A stretch of 57,035 nt of DNA, from IMG/VR virus record IMGVR_UViG_3300045303_000150, positions 1-57,035 of that record; one strand, 5' to 3'. The stretch comes from a virus. Lineage: Duplodnaviria > Caudoviricetes. The notes under the pieces are model-generated. The model did no database searches. It was not told the origin of the DNA and was given only the letters and a program-made list of their open reading frames with translations. Position numbers and translations under genes: made by a program. Positions within the stretch are counted from its first letter, which is position 1. Each line of letters starts with the position of its first letter. Shown here piece after piece: positions 1 to 9,282 of the stretch.

Positions 1-127
1 GCCCTCTCCAGCTCCAGCTTCTGGAGCACGAAGGGTGCCACCGACGACCTGAGCGCCGCGCTGGAAGCCGCACGGAAGCACAGGGGGGGCATCTGCGCCA
101 AGTGCGAGAAGGCCGCCGTCGCGGCCA
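1..127. repeat. 127-bp terminal direct repeat, left copy (circular assembly overlap)
   Basis: Identical to 56909-57035; 127 is a common assembler k-mer length and an ORF runs through the join. Confidence 0.95.
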
Positions 128-147
128 TTGAGACCGCCGGGAACTAG
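1..147 (+). CDS. 3' part of 83-aa hypothetical protein that starts at 56804 and spans the circular junction
   Basis: In frame with ATG 56804; ends TAG 145-147; contains CAKC motif. Confidence 0.8.
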   Translation, partial: ALSSSSFWSTKGATDDLSAALEAARKHRGGICAKCEKAAVAAIETAGN

Positions 148-154
148 CCCGGCG

Positions 155-194
155 GACGGGGGCCGCCCGACAGCCGGTTACGGCGGCCCCCGTC
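155..194 (+). terminator. GC-rich hairpin
   Basis: GACGGGGGCCGCC / GGCGGCCCCCGTC inverted repeat just after a stop codon. Confidence 0.6.
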
Positions 195-216
195 ACTACC
201 TCGAAAGGAAACGATC

Positions 217-387
217 ATGTTGCACAAGCTGACCGCCGCCCTGCTGGCCTTCGTCGCCGCGCTCGACCTCGCGGTGGGGGTCGTGGGGCTGGCCACCGGC
301 CACACCTTCAGCGCGGCCGCCGACGTGGCCGCTGGCCTGGTCTTCGCCATGCTCGCCGGACTTTTCTACAAGAAGGGCTTGCAGTAA
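217..387 (+). CDS. small membrane protein (56 aa)
   Basis: GAAAGGA RBS, ATG 217, MLHKLTAALLAFVAALDLAVGVVGL..., two hydrophobic segments; below ORF-track cutoff. Confidence 0.7.
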   Translation: MLHKLTAALLAFVAALDLAVGVVGLATGHTFSAAADVAAGLVFAMLAGLFYKKGLQ

Positions 388-450
388 CCCCCCGCTGGGG
401 GGTAAAGTATCTCTTGTAAGCGGAACGACTGACCAAGGAGACCCGCACAG
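379..450 (+). promoter_or_regulatory. palindromic-spacer promoter cassette
   Basis: TTGCAG-18-TAAAGT with CCCCCC-GCT-GGGGGG spacer; GGAACGAC 422; GGAGACCCGC RBS. Confidence 0.8.
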
Positions 451-1044
451 ATGGACAACAACACCACCGCAATCTTCGCCAAGGACTTCTACGAGACCGG
501 CGACAACAAGGCCCACCGGGACACCTGGAAGCCGGGTGCACTGCGCCACGTCATCGCGGCGCTCGCGGGCACCCCGGTCCTGTTCGTCCAGGACAGCCAG
601 ACCGGCTTCACCGTGGTGGGCGTCAAGCTCACCGGCATCGGACACACCAGCGGTGGCGGCGAAACCCTCCAGTACGCGTTCCCCGACGGCACACGCGGTG
701 CCTGCCTGATCTTCGGCATGGGGACGGTCATCATTCCGATGGAGCAGATCGGAGCGAAGTGGGACGCGCTCAGCCGGTCCCGTCAGGAAGCGTCGCTGGC
801 GCAGCAGATCTACAGGGAACGCGTCGGCAAGCTGGAGAAGATCAGCTCCTCCCGCGTCCGCTCGCTGGCGCACGGTGTGCACGTCTCGCGCTACGTTCGC
901 AAGGAGTACAGCAACGGCAAGGGCACGTACGAGGAGATGGCCGACTGGGGCTCAGTCTCGGTTCAGGAGATCCGCGCAGCAGCGGACTGCGGTGACTGCC
1001 TCCAGCGCGACGGCCGTCACGAGCCGTCCTGCGCGCCGCGCTGA
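451..1044 (+). CDS. hypothetical protein
   Basis: RBS and cassette promoter upstream, GC3-rich codons, C-terminal CxxC..H..C. Confidence 0.85.
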   Translation: MDNNTTAIFAKDFYETGDNKAHRDTWKPGALRHVIAALAGTPVLFVQDSQTGFTVVGVKLTGIGHTSGGGETLQYAFPDGTRGACLIFGMGTVIIPMEQIGAKWDALSRSRQEASLAQQIYRERVGKLEKISSSRVRSLAHGVHVSRYVRKEYSNGKGTYEEMADWGSVSVQEIRAAADCGDCLQRDGRHEPSCAPR

Positions 1045-1051
1045 CCGAAGT

Positions 1052-1135
1052 CCCTGGGTGGGGGTGTTGACAACCCCCACCCAGGGGGGCATACTTGACC
1101 ACATCACGCGGAACGACAAGCCCAGGAGACCCGCA
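1052..1135 (+). promoter_or_regulatory. palindromic-spacer promoter cassette overlapping a hairpin
   Basis: TTGACA 1067-17-CATACT; CCCTGGGTGGGGG/CCCCCACCCAGGG inverted repeat; GGAACGAC 1110; GGAGACCCGCA-ATG. Confidence 0.8.
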
Positions 1136-1417
1136 ATGAACACCTTCCCCAAGGCCCATCTCATGCAAGCCGCAGAGAACGCGCAGCTTGACCAGGACTT
1201 CGTCCGTGTCGACCCGGACGGCACCATCGCGATCGACTTCGAAAGCCACAAGCAGATGGCCATGTTCCTGGTCGACCTCGCGGCGGTCTGTCACTACCAG
1301 GGCGACGACCAGGCCCAGAAGGACATGGACGACCTGATCGACATGACCGACAAGATCCGCATCTTCCAGCGTGCACGGGGCATCGGCGTTCGCTTCGCGG
1401 GCTGGACGTGGGAATAG
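1136..1417 (+). CDS. hypothetical protein
   Basis: ATG 1136 after RBS; MNTFPKAHLMQ... Confidence 0.8.
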   Translation: MNTFPKAHLMQAAENAQLDQDFVRVDPDGTIAIDFESHKQMAMFLVDLAAVCHYQGDDQAQKDMDDLIDMTDKIRIFQRARGIGVRFAGWTWE

Positions 1418-1460
1418 CTCGCCCCGCCGGGCGGGTGACCAACTGAGAGAGGAACCCTTT

Positions 1461-2303
1461 ATGGCACAGAAAAAAGACTTCATGACGATCGAGGTCGAAG
1501 GCCAGGTTATCCAGGTTGAGCTGGTCAACGTCACGCCGGAGCTGGCCGAACAGTGGCTGTCCCGCAACGAGAACAACCGCTCGAAGAAGCAAGGCCACCT
1601 CAGCAAGATCATGCGTGCGATCGAGCTGGAGGAGTTCCGCTTCGCCGGAGACCCGATCCGCATCGCGGACACCGGCGAGCTGCTGGATGGCCAGCACCGC
1701 CTGGAAGCCGTCCGGCTCACCGGGCGCAGCATGTTGATGATCGTCATGCGCGGCTTCACCAAGGAAGCCCAGCTCTACATGGACTCGGGGAAGGCGCGCG
1801 GCCCCGGAGACCAGGTCACCCTTCAGTTGGGCGTGCCAGGCGGCAACAACTGGGCCAGCGTCGCTCGCCTGATCATTCGCTGGGACGCCGAAGACCTGCT
1901 GACCGGCATCCTCCAGGCGTCCAACGCTGAGGTGGTGGCCTTCTGCCGGGAGTACGAAACGGAGATGCGGGCCGCCGTCGCCGCCGCCAACGCGCAGTAC
2001 ACGAAGATCGCCGGTCGCAAGCCGGTCGCGGGCGCGGTGCACTTCTTCGCCAACCGGCTGGATTCCGACCTCTGCCACAAGTTCTTCCGCCAGCTCGCCA
2101 CCGGCGCGGACCTCAGTCCGGGCAACCCTGTGTTCGCACTCAGGGACTCGCTGCTGACTCGCAAGCGCTCTGACCGCTTCACGTCCAACGAGGAACTGAG
2201 CCTGTACGTGAGGGCCTGGAACGCGGCTCGCAAGGGGCAGACCCTCCAGCGTCTCCAGCTCCCGCGTGGCGGCCTCGCGCCCTATAACTTCGTGCTCGTC
2301 TAA
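1461..2303 (+). CDS. ParB/Srx-like N-terminal domain protein
   Basis: VTPELAEQWL..N.NNR and LLDGQHRLEAV motifs; GAGAGGA RBS before ATG 1461. Confidence 0.75.
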   Translation: MAQKKDFMTIEVEGQVIQVELVNVTPELAEQWLSRNENNRSKKQGHLSKIMRAIELEEFRFAGDPIRIADTGELLDGQHRLEAVRLTGRSMLMIVMRGFTKEAQLYMDSGKARGPGDQVTLQLGVPGGNNWASVARLIIRWDAEDLLTGILQASNAEVVAFCREYETEMRAAVAAANAQYTKIAGRKPVAGAVHFFANRLDSDLCHKFFRQLATGADLSPGNPVFALRDSLLTRKRSDRFTSNEELSLYVRAWNAARKGQTLQRLQLPRGGLAPYNFVLV

Positions 2304-2323
2304 ACGATCAAGGGAGACCAACG

Positions 2324-2728
2324 GTGAAGACCGCAGATTTTTACGTGGGCCTGGGCGATGACGCCGAGTGGATCGGCTCGCTCGGTGACCTGGGCACGCC
2401 GTCCCATCAGGACAGGTTCGGCTTGTTCGGGCCGCCGGTGACCGGTGACGCGTACACGGAGGCCTCCTTCCGCGACATCGTGGGCAGCATCGTGGGTGCT
2501 GCCATCGAAGACGGCTACGGATGGGACGCAAGCTACGGCTGGCCATGGGGCCACCCGGACAGCAACGGCACGGACTACGCGTACGCCTACGTCAACGGCA
2601 CCATCCACGTCTTCGAGAAGGGCTTCAACGCCCAGGAGAACGTCCATGGCGCGTTCCTGATCACGCTCCACTACCCGAACGCGACCCGCAAGCCGGGCCG
2701 CTTCCCGACCATGGGAGTCAAGAAGTGA
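2324..2728 (+). CDS. hypothetical protein
   Basis: AGGGAG RBS, GTG start; ADFYVG..AEWIGS and GWPW..S..TDYAY motifs typical of actinophage proteins. Confidence 0.8.
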   Translation: MKTADFYVGLGDDAEWIGSLGDLGTPSHQDRFGLFGPPVTGDAYTEASFRDIVGSIVGAAIEDGYGWDASYGWPWGHPDSNGTDYAYAYVNGTIHVFEKGFNAQENVHGAFLITLHYPNATRKPGRFPTMGVKK

Positions 2729-2934
2729 CCGACCAGAAGCCGACCAAGAAGGTAGCCGCCACCATGCACCCGGAAGCTCGCATCTGGGCGTGGGCGATGT
2801 TCGTCCTTCTGGTGCTGGGCCCAGTGTTCTGGATGTGGACCGGAGAGTGGCGGTGGGCCGTCACCGGGCTGGCGCTCTCGTTCCTCGCGGGCATCACGAC
2901 GGCCATGATCAACGCGTTCGCACCGCGCCCGTAG
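2725..2934 (+). CDS. small membrane protein
   Basis: GTGA overlap with upstream stop; two hydrophobic helices. Confidence 0.7.
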   Translation: MTDQKPTKKVAATMHPEARIWAWAMFVLLVLGPVFWMWTGEWRWAVTGLALSFLAGITTAMINAFAPRP

Positions 2935-2941
2935 CCACCCC

Positions 2942-2983
2942 CGAAAGACCCCCGTGCTTACCCCAAAGCACGGGGGTCTTTCG
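2942..2983 (+). terminator. long hairpin separating accessory and head modules
   Basis: CGAAAGACCCCCGTGCTT / AAGCACGGGGGTCTTTCG, 18-bp perfect stem. Confidence 0.7.
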
Positions 2984-2998
2984 CGTACGATCACCTGC

Positions 2999-3460
2999 AT
3001 GCCTACGAACCCGCGTGCCCGCAACCGGGCAGTGAAGCCCAACCCGCCGGACGTGCATGGCGCGCTCCTGGCCGTCGACGACGCTGACCTGGCTGCCACC
3101 TCCGACGGCGTGCCGGAGCCGTCCGCCATTAAGGCTGTGTGGTTCCCCGCGATCATCCAGGTGCCAGGCGAGGAACCTCGCTACAAGGGCAAGGCGTACG
3201 CCACCCCCGAAGGCCTGTACGTGTACTGGGGCGTGCCACCGCAGACCGAACCGGGCGTGGAGAACTGGGCCCCCGACTGGTACGCGGAGATCGACTTCGA
3301 GAAGACGAAGCGGCCCCCGACCGGCTGGGCCGCGCGCAACGGCTTCGTCATCCACACCACGAAGGGGCGCGTGGTGATCACCATGGAAGGCGGATGCGGC
3401 TGCCACTCGCCGCTGAAGCGCTGGTCACCCCAGTTCGCTCAGCGCATGGTCTCCTGGTGA
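2999..3460 (+). CDS. hypothetical protein, probably leaderless
   Basis: TACGAT -10 at 2986-2991 lies 7 nt before ATG 2999; C-terminal GCGC.SPLK motif. Confidence 0.7.
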   Translation: MPTNPRARNRAVKPNPPDVHGALLAVDDADLAATSDGVPEPSAIKAVWFPAIIQVPGEEPRYKGKAYATPEGLYVYWGVPPQTEPGVENWAPDWYAEIDFEKTKRPPTGWAARNGFVIHTTKGRVVITMEGGCGCHSPLKRWSPQFAQRMVSW

Positions 3461-3762
3461 CACTGGCCTGGGTTCACGATCCCCTCTGGCTGATCGTGTA
3501 CGCGCTGGCCGCGTTCCGGCTGACCGTCCTCTGGACCCGCGATACCCTGCCCCCCCTGCCGTGGCTCCGGCAAACTGTTGCCACCCGTTGGGGTCATAAG
3601 GCGTGGTCGGAACTGATGGACTGCCCGTGGTGCGCTGGCTTTTGGATCAGCCTGGGCGTGGTGCTCGTGTCCTCCAGTCCGGCCGCGCCCGCGTGGCAGT
3701 GGCTGGCCGTTCCGCTGGCGCTCAGCGCCGTGACAGGGCTCCTCGCGGCCCGGAGTGAATGA
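3457..3762 (+). CDS. DUF1360-like membrane protein
   Basis: LAAFRLT.L.T.D and EL..CPWC.GFW motifs; GTGA overlap; directly upstream of portal. Confidence 0.75.
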   Translation: MTLAWVHDPLWLIVYALAAFRLTVLWTRDTLPPLPWLRQTVATRWGHKAWSELMDCPWCAGFWISLGVVLVSSSPAAPAWQWLAVPLALSAVTGLLAARSE

Positions 3763-3771
3763 GGTGGACTA

Positions 3772-6414
3772 GTGGGCCTGTTTGGCAAGAGCGAGACGCC
3801 GCGCCGCGCCGGTAAGGTCTTGAAGGCTTCCGGCATGCGTGTGCAGTCCGGCAATCAGGACACCATCCGCGCGCTCTCCCTGACGCGGCAGGAATGGCAG
3901 TCCGACGCGTGGGGCTACCGGGACATGATCGGCGAACTGCGGTTCGCTCTCCAGTTCCGCTCGCGCGCCGTGTCGCGCGTCAAGTACATGGCCGCGCAGG
4001 TCGTGCCAGGCGAAGACGAACCGATCCCGCTGGACTCCGACAAGGGCGTCACAGTCAGCTCGAAGCTGCGCGCCGCCGCCGCCGCTGAGCTGGCCCGCCT
4101 GCCGCTGGACTCCGGGTACAGCTTCCTGGGCGTGCTGGACGAGAACCTCGGGATCACCGGCGAGTGCTGGCTGCACGGCTACGAGAAGAACGGCCGCGAG
4201 CAGTGGGACGCGCTCAGCGTCGATGAGGTGGTGGCTGGCGGCGATGGGATTGTGCAGATCCGCCAGTACGGCTCGTCCACGCTGACCAGGGTGGACGAGG
4301 ACAAAGAGGAGATGTTGCGCCTCTGGGTCCCGCACCCCCGGTTCAAGATCCTCGCGGACTCGCCGATGAAGGCGCTGATCTCCACGTGTGAAGAGATCGT
4401 GCTCGCGGGTCGCGAGATGCGCGCCGCCAGCCGGTCCCGTGTCGCCGCCAACGGCCTGCTGCTGGTGCCGGACGGCCTGACGCTGCTGAACGCGCTGCGC
4501 GAGGATACGGAGCTGATCGAGGACAACGCCTTTATGGCGGACCTGGCGGCTACCTTGCTCGCGCCGATCGCGAACGAGGGTGACCCCGGCTCCGTGGTGC
4601 CCGCCGTGATTACCGGCAACGTGGACGACCTGGAGAAGATCCGGCACCTGCGCCTGGACCGCGAGACCTCAGCGGATCTGCTGGACAAGATCGACAAGGG
4701 CCTGGCTCGCATCGGGCGCGGCCTGGACATCCCGCCGGAGATCATCACCGGCATGGCGGAAGCCAACCACTGGACCGCCTGGCAGATCGACGCCAGCACC
4801 TACCGGCACCACATCGACCCCGCCGTCCGCATGATCGCGGACAGTCTCACCGAAGGCTTCCTGCGCCCCGCCCTGCTGGTACGCGGCTTCTCCATCGAGG
4901 AAGTCATGTCCATCCAGGTGTGGTACGACGCGGGCAACATCACCGAGAACCCGAACCGTGGCCAGGACGCCAAGGACGCGTACGACCGTGGCGCTATCGG
5001 CATGGACCCGCTTCGCCGCGCGCTGGGATTCAACGAAGCGGACGCGCCGGACGACGAAGAGATCCTGCGCATGGTGGCCTTCAAGATCGGGATCGATCCG
5101 GCCACCTCCGGCCTGCTGCTCCAGTCGCTGTTCGGCAAGACGGCGGAACCGATCTCGGCAGGCAACCCGACCGGCGAGAAGCAGATCGAGAAGCCCGCGC
5201 CGAAGCAGCTTCCGCCAGCCCCTGCTGGCCCAGGAGATGCACAGCCCAGCACGCCGGACCAGGCGACCCCGCCGCCGTCCGTCGGCGCTCAGCGCCTCCT
5301 GAACTTCCTGATGGCAGACGGCGCGCCAGCCGACGAAGACGACGCCGGGTGGATCGTTGTCGACGGCCGCAAGCTCACCGAGATCGATCGCTCCGACCGC
5401 GACCGGCTCATGCTCGCGGCGGACGCGGTGCTCACGCGCGCGCTGGAGAAGGCTGGTGCCCGCATCCGCTCCAAGGCGCAGAAGAACCCGACCCTGAAGG
5501 CGTCGCTGGTCGACATGCCCGCGCTCGAAGTGGGCGCGTTCGTCGGTCGCGACGCGGTGCTGGCCATGGGCATGAACGAACAGGAGCTACTCGGTGACGC
5601 GCTGGACGAGCTGGAAGGCAAGTTCAGCCGCTGGGTGGAAGCCTCCATCGAGCGCACCATCTCCGTGGTGCTCGCGCTCCTGCGCGTGAAGCCGGACAGC
5701 CGTCGCGGCAAGAAGATCGCCAAGCGGTTGCGCGACGGCATGGGCGCGCGCGTCGGCTCCGGCTGGGCCATGTTCCGGGACCGCCTGCTGGCGCTCGCTG
5801 AGCGGTACCTGTACGACCCGCACCCGGACACCGACGATGACGGCGAAGGCATGCCGGACGTGATTGTGCCGCCGCAGCTTGTGCGCGGCGTGCTGGCACA
5901 CGTCGGTGGCGTCCACCCGGACACCGGCGGAATCGACGACAAGGGCAACCCGATCCGCGCCGATCACCCGCTGGGTGGCATCGCGCAGGGCGAAGAGGTC
6001 TCTGCCGTCATGGCCGCCGAGGGGGCGGAGGAACTCGGGTTCGAGTGGGCGTACGGCATCACGCCGGTCAAGCACTTCGAGCCGCACCTTGCACTGGACG
6101 GGCAGCGGTTCTCCAGCTGGGCGGATCCGGCGCTCCGGACCAGCCCGCGCTATGCCTGGGTGGGCGAGATCTTCCGGCCCGGCGATCACGTGGGCTGCAT
6201 GTGCGACTACGTGATGACCTACGCGCTCAAGGAGTACGCGGAGATCGTTGCCGACGAGCTGGGCCCCGAGTCCGCGAACGCGCGCAGCGACCGCGAGCTG
6301 GCCGAGTCCGACGACGCGGCCGGACGGCGGGGCACCACGGCCCAGCTGGCACGTGACGAAAGGGAGCGGATCTTGAAGCTTCGAGACCGCTACATCCAGG
6401 CAGGGAAGGCGTAG
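3772..6414 (+). CDS. portal protein fused to MuF-like head morphogenesis domain
   Basis: WQSDAW..Y..IGELR, RLW.PHPR, ADSP, ANHWTAW portal motifs; Pro-rich linker; C-terminal H..LDGQ and PGDH.GC.C. Confidence 0.8.
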   Translation: MGLFGKSETPRRAGKVLKASGMRVQSGNQDTIRALSLTRQEWQSDAWGYRDMIGELRFALQFRSRAVSRVKYMAAQVVPGEDEPIPLDSDKGVTVSSKLRAAAAAELARLPLDSGYSFLGVLDENLGITGECWLHGYEKNGREQWDALSVDEVVAGGDGIVQIRQYGSSTLTRVDEDKEEMLRLWVPHPRFKILADSPMKALISTCEEIVLAGREMRAASRSRVAANGLLLVPDGLTLLNALREDTELIEDNAFMADLAATLLAPIANEGDPGSVVPAVITGNVDDLEKIRHLRLDRETSADLLDKIDKGLARIGRGLDIPPEIITGMAEANHWTAWQIDASTYRHHIDPAVRMIADSLTEGFLRPALLVRGFSIEEVMSIQVWYDAGNITENPNRGQDAKDAYDRGAIGMDPLRRALGFNEADAPDDEEILRMVAFKIGIDPATSGLLLQSLFGKTAEPISAGNPTGEKQIEKPAPKQLPPAPAGPGDAQPSTPDQATPPPSVGAQRLLNFLMADGAPADEDDAGWIVVDGRKLTEIDRSDRDRLMLAADAVLTRALEKAGARIRSKAQKNPTLKASLVDMPALEVGAFVGRDAVLAMGMNEQELLGDALDELEGKFSRWVEASIERTISVVLALLRVKPDSRRGKKIAKRLRDGMGARVGSGWAMFRDRLLALAERYLYDPHPDTDDDGEGMPDVIVPPQLVRGVLAHVGGVHPDTGGIDDKGNPIRADHPLGGIAQGEEVSAVMAAEGAEELGFEWAYGITPVKHFEPHLALDGQRFSSWADPALRTSPRYAWVGEIFRPGDHVGCMCDYVMTYALKEYAEIVADELGPESANARSDRELAESDDAAGRRGTTAQLARDERERILKLRDRYIQAGKA

Positions 6415-6416
6415 GC

Positions 6417-8726
6417 ATGGCAGAGGAACACACGGGCGGCATGATCGCGCTGTTGCCGGAGAACCCGGAACAGTTCGTCGTGCCCGGCGGCGACCCGGCT
6501 GATCAGATTCACCTGACGCTGGTGTACCTCGGTGACGATGTGGCCAGCTGGCCGAACGCCGTCACCGAGGCCATGAAGAGTGCCGCGTCGTCGCTCGCGC
6601 AGGACTTCATGGGCACCGAGGCGCAGATCTTCGGGCACGCCGTCTGGAACCCGGACAGCGAAGAGTTCGAACCCGCGTCCGTCTACGAGCTGACCGACAA
6701 CGGCGTCCTGTGCGGCTACGCGGAGCGCGCTGGCGAGATGGCGCGCTCGGTCATGGGCGCGATGTATCCGGACCAGCACGTCCCCTACAAGCCGCACATC
6801 ACGGCGGGCTACAACCTGGACGTGACGAAGCTGTCCCTGACCGGCGATGTGCAGTTCCGCACGCTCCGGCTGGCGCTGGGCGGCGAGAACTTCGACTACC
6901 CGCTGACCATGGACTACGACCGACGTTATGGGGCGGAAGGGACTGAGCAGATGGCCGCGAAGATCGAAGTGCAGCCGACCCCACCCGAAGAGGACATTCC
7001 GGACAAAGCGCCCGAACTGTCCAACGGTATCCCGGTCACGTTCCCCGTGGTCATCGTCGAAGGCATGGAGACCGACGACGGCCGGTTCATCGTGCCCGGT
7101 GCGCTCACTCACCGCGCACTTCCGCTCTCCATCCTCGCGCAGACCGCGAACCCGGACGGCGGCGACGGCCACGACGGCGCGGAAGTCATCGGCCGCCTGA
7201 AGACCCTCACCCGGCACCCCGGACCCGAGGTGATCAACAAGGAGACCGGCGAGCCCTTCCCCGAAGGCTCGTTCGTCTGGAGCGGAACCGGCGAGCTGGA
7301 CCCGGACGCGCACGGCACCAAGCTGGCCATGCGCGGCTACCTCACCGGCAACAGCGCGGACCTCGCGGGCGTCGAAGCCGAGTTCGTCTGGGGCGAAGAG
7401 GCCGAAGACGACGGCGTCAAGAACGGCCCCAAGCAGATTCGCATGACCGCCGGGAAGATCGCGGCCACCACGCTCGTGCCGATCCCCGCGTTCGCCCAGT
7501 CCTACATCCTGATCGACGGCCAGGAGGCCGCGCCCAACGAAGAGGCCCTGGCGGCTTCGGCCGCGCCCGCGTGGCGCTGCGCCGAACTCGGCGACGACTG
7601 TTTCCCGTGCGCCGCCGGGCTGGACGTGGACCCGGTCGTGGCCGCCGCGACGCCGATCGGGCGCAACCTGCCGCCCGCGCACGCATTCGCCGATCCGGTG
7701 CTGGACGGCCCGACCGCGCTCACGCTGGACGAGGACAGCATCCCTGGCTTCATCGAGGTCTACGGCCACCTGGCAACGTGGGGCACCTGCCACACCAGCT
7801 TTCCCAACGCCTGCATCACGCCGCCGCACTCGCACGAGGACTACGCCTACTTCAACACCGGTGCCGTCCGGGTGCGCGACGCGGACCGCACGTACTCGGT
7901 GGCCGCCGGGCGCATCACCATGGGCGAGGGTGGCCACGCCAGCACGGCGCTGTCCGCCGCCGACGCGGCCGCGCACTACGACAACGTCAACACGGTCGTG
8001 GCCGACGTGACCGCCGGTGAAGACCAGTTTGGGATCTGGGTGCACGGAGTGATGCGCAAGACCGTCACCCAGGAGCAGATTGACGCCCTGCGTGCCAGCC
8101 CGCTGTCCGGCGACTGGCGGCCCTTCAACGGCGGCCCGCTGGAGCTGGTGGCCGCGCTGGCGGTCAACACCGGCGGGTTCCCGGTGCCTCGCGCTCGCGT
8201 CGCCGCCGGGGTGCCGGTTGCTCTTGTGGCCGCCGGGGTCGTGCGCCAGCCGCTCGCCGCCGGGCTGATCGACCTGGATGCGGTGGCCGACGAAGTGGAA
8301 CGGCGCATGGCCGAACGGACCGAGCTGGCGCAGCGTGCCACGGCGGCCCGCGTCGACATGCGGCTGACGAACGAAGATCGCATGGCCGACGCCATGTCCA
8401 CGCTGCTCAACCTGGACAACCGGATGCTGATCGCCGCCTGGGAGCTGGCCTTCGAGCCGGACGCCGTCGACGTGGAGTACGCCAAGAAGCCCAACTGGGT
8501 GAAGAAGGCTGGCGGCCTGCCGAAGTACATCAAGCGGATCGCCACGCACCTTCAGGAGAAGGGTATGGACGAGTCGCGCGCGATCGCGACGGCGGTCAAC
8601 GCGGCGAAGAAGATGTGCTCCACGGGGGACGTGAACTTCCCCGGCAAGCAGCAGGTCAACCCCGGCTCCCAGGCGGAAGCGTGTGCCGCCGTGGCGGACT
8701 GGGAGAAGAAGAAGGCGGCCAGCTGA
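6417..8726 (+). CDS. 2H phosphoesterase domain fused to capsid maturation protease-like protein
   Basis: HLTL and HITA motifs in the first ~165 aa; then EG.ET.DGR, GHDGA.V.G, TLV.IPAF, SGDWR..LELVA.LAVN..GFP. Confidence 0.75.
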   Translation: MAEEHTGGMIALLPENPEQFVVPGGDPADQIHLTLVYLGDDVASWPNAVTEAMKSAASSLAQDFMGTEAQIFGHAVWNPDSEEFEPASVYELTDNGVLCGYAERAGEMARSVMGAMYPDQHVPYKPHITAGYNLDVTKLSLTGDVQFRTLRLALGGENFDYPLTMDYDRRYGAEGTEQMAAKIEVQPTPPEEDIPDKAPELSNGIPVTFPVVIVEGMETDDGRFIVPGALTHRALPLSILAQTANPDGGDGHDGAEVIGRLKTLTRHPGPEVINKETGEPFPEGSFVWSGTGELDPDAHGTKLAMRGYLTGNSADLAGVEAEFVWGEEAEDDGVKNGPKQIRMTAGKIAATTLVPIPAFAQSYILIDGQEAAPNEEALAASAAPAWRCAELGDDCFPCAAGLDVDPVVAAATPIGRNLPPAHAFADPVLDGPTALTLDEDSIPGFIEVYGHLATWGTCHTSFPNACITPPHSHEDYAYFNTGAVRVRDADRTYSVAAGRITMGEGGHASTALSAADAAAHYDNVNTVVADVTAGEDQFGIWVHGVMRKTVTQEQIDALRASPLSGDWRPFNGGPLELVAALAVNTGGFPVPRARVAAGVPVALVAAGVVRQPLAAGLIDLDAVADEVERRMAERTELAQRATAARVDMRLTNEDRMADAMSTLLNLDNRMLIAAWELAFEPDAVDVEYAKKPNWVKKAGGLPKYIKRIATHLQEKGMDESRAIATAVNAAKKMCSTGDVNFPGKQQVNPGSQAEACAAVADWEKKKAAS

Positions 8727-8764
8727 TAGGCTCAGCGCGTCGTTGACATGGTGGGTCCACCAGG

Positions 8765-8799
8765 AGCCCCCAGAGCCTTGAAAACTCTGGGGGCTTTTT
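8765..8799 (+). terminator. intrinsic terminator between convergent genes
   Basis: AGCCCCCAGAG / CTCTGGGGGCT followed by TTTT. Confidence 0.8.
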
Positions 8800-8804
8800 G
8801 GTGC

Positions 8805-9152
8805 CTAGGCGTCGGCCCCGAACGCGGAGTCACGCGCGCGCCGGAGCATCCGGATCACACGGTTGATGTCCTCGCGTGTGTGCATCACGGCGAACCCGGT
8901 GCACGGATGCGCCGGTGCTTCCGAGGTGGACGGATGCGGCTGGCCAGGCGTCGCGCCCGCCGTGTACGCCTCGTTGACGACGCTGGGCGGCGAGCCGGGG
9001 AAGATTGCGCTGCTCCGCAGATGCTCGGTCATCAGCTGCACGTAGCCGGGCTCCGGCTCGTCATACGCGCTGACCTGCTGCGCGGCTGGCTTCCAAATGA
9101 CCTGGGTGCGCCACTCGCCGTCGATGCTGGAATTGATGTTCTCGTGCGGCAT
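8805..9152 (-). CDS. hypothetical protein (one of only two credible minus-strand genes)
   Basis: GAAAGGAG RBS before ATG 9152; ends R..INR.IR.LRRARD.AFG.D. Confidence 0.75.
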   Translation of the reverse strand: MPHENINSSIDGEWRTQVIWKPAAQQVSAYDEPEPGYVQLMTEHLRSSAIFPGSPPSVVNEAYTAGATPGQPHPSTSEAPAHPCTGFAVMHTREDINRVIRMLRRARDSAFGADA

Positions 9153-9213
9153 TGCCGCTCCTTTCACTGCCCTTATCGGGTGATCCTTATCGGACCGCGT
9201 TCAGGCTAGCATC

Positions 9214-9282
9214 TTGCCTAACCCCCACCTGAGGGGGTAAAGTCGAGAGTCTACTGAGAACGACCACCGAGAGGAGACCTCA
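9214..9282 (+). promoter_or_regulatory. palindromic-spacer promoter cassette
   Basis: TTGCCT-18-TAAAGT, CCCCC..GGGGG spacer; AGAACGAC; GAGGAGACC RBS. Confidence 0.75.

Noticed and set aside
1..127. Physical terminal repeats of the virion DNA
   Set aside because: Length equals a standard assembly k-mer and the repeat lies mid-gene; better explained as circular overlap
6390..8549. Long minus-strand ORFs (6390-8549, 20486-22288, 32888-34360, 35344-37473 and similar)
   Set aside because: Antisense shadows of well-supported + strand genes, expected in high-GC DNA
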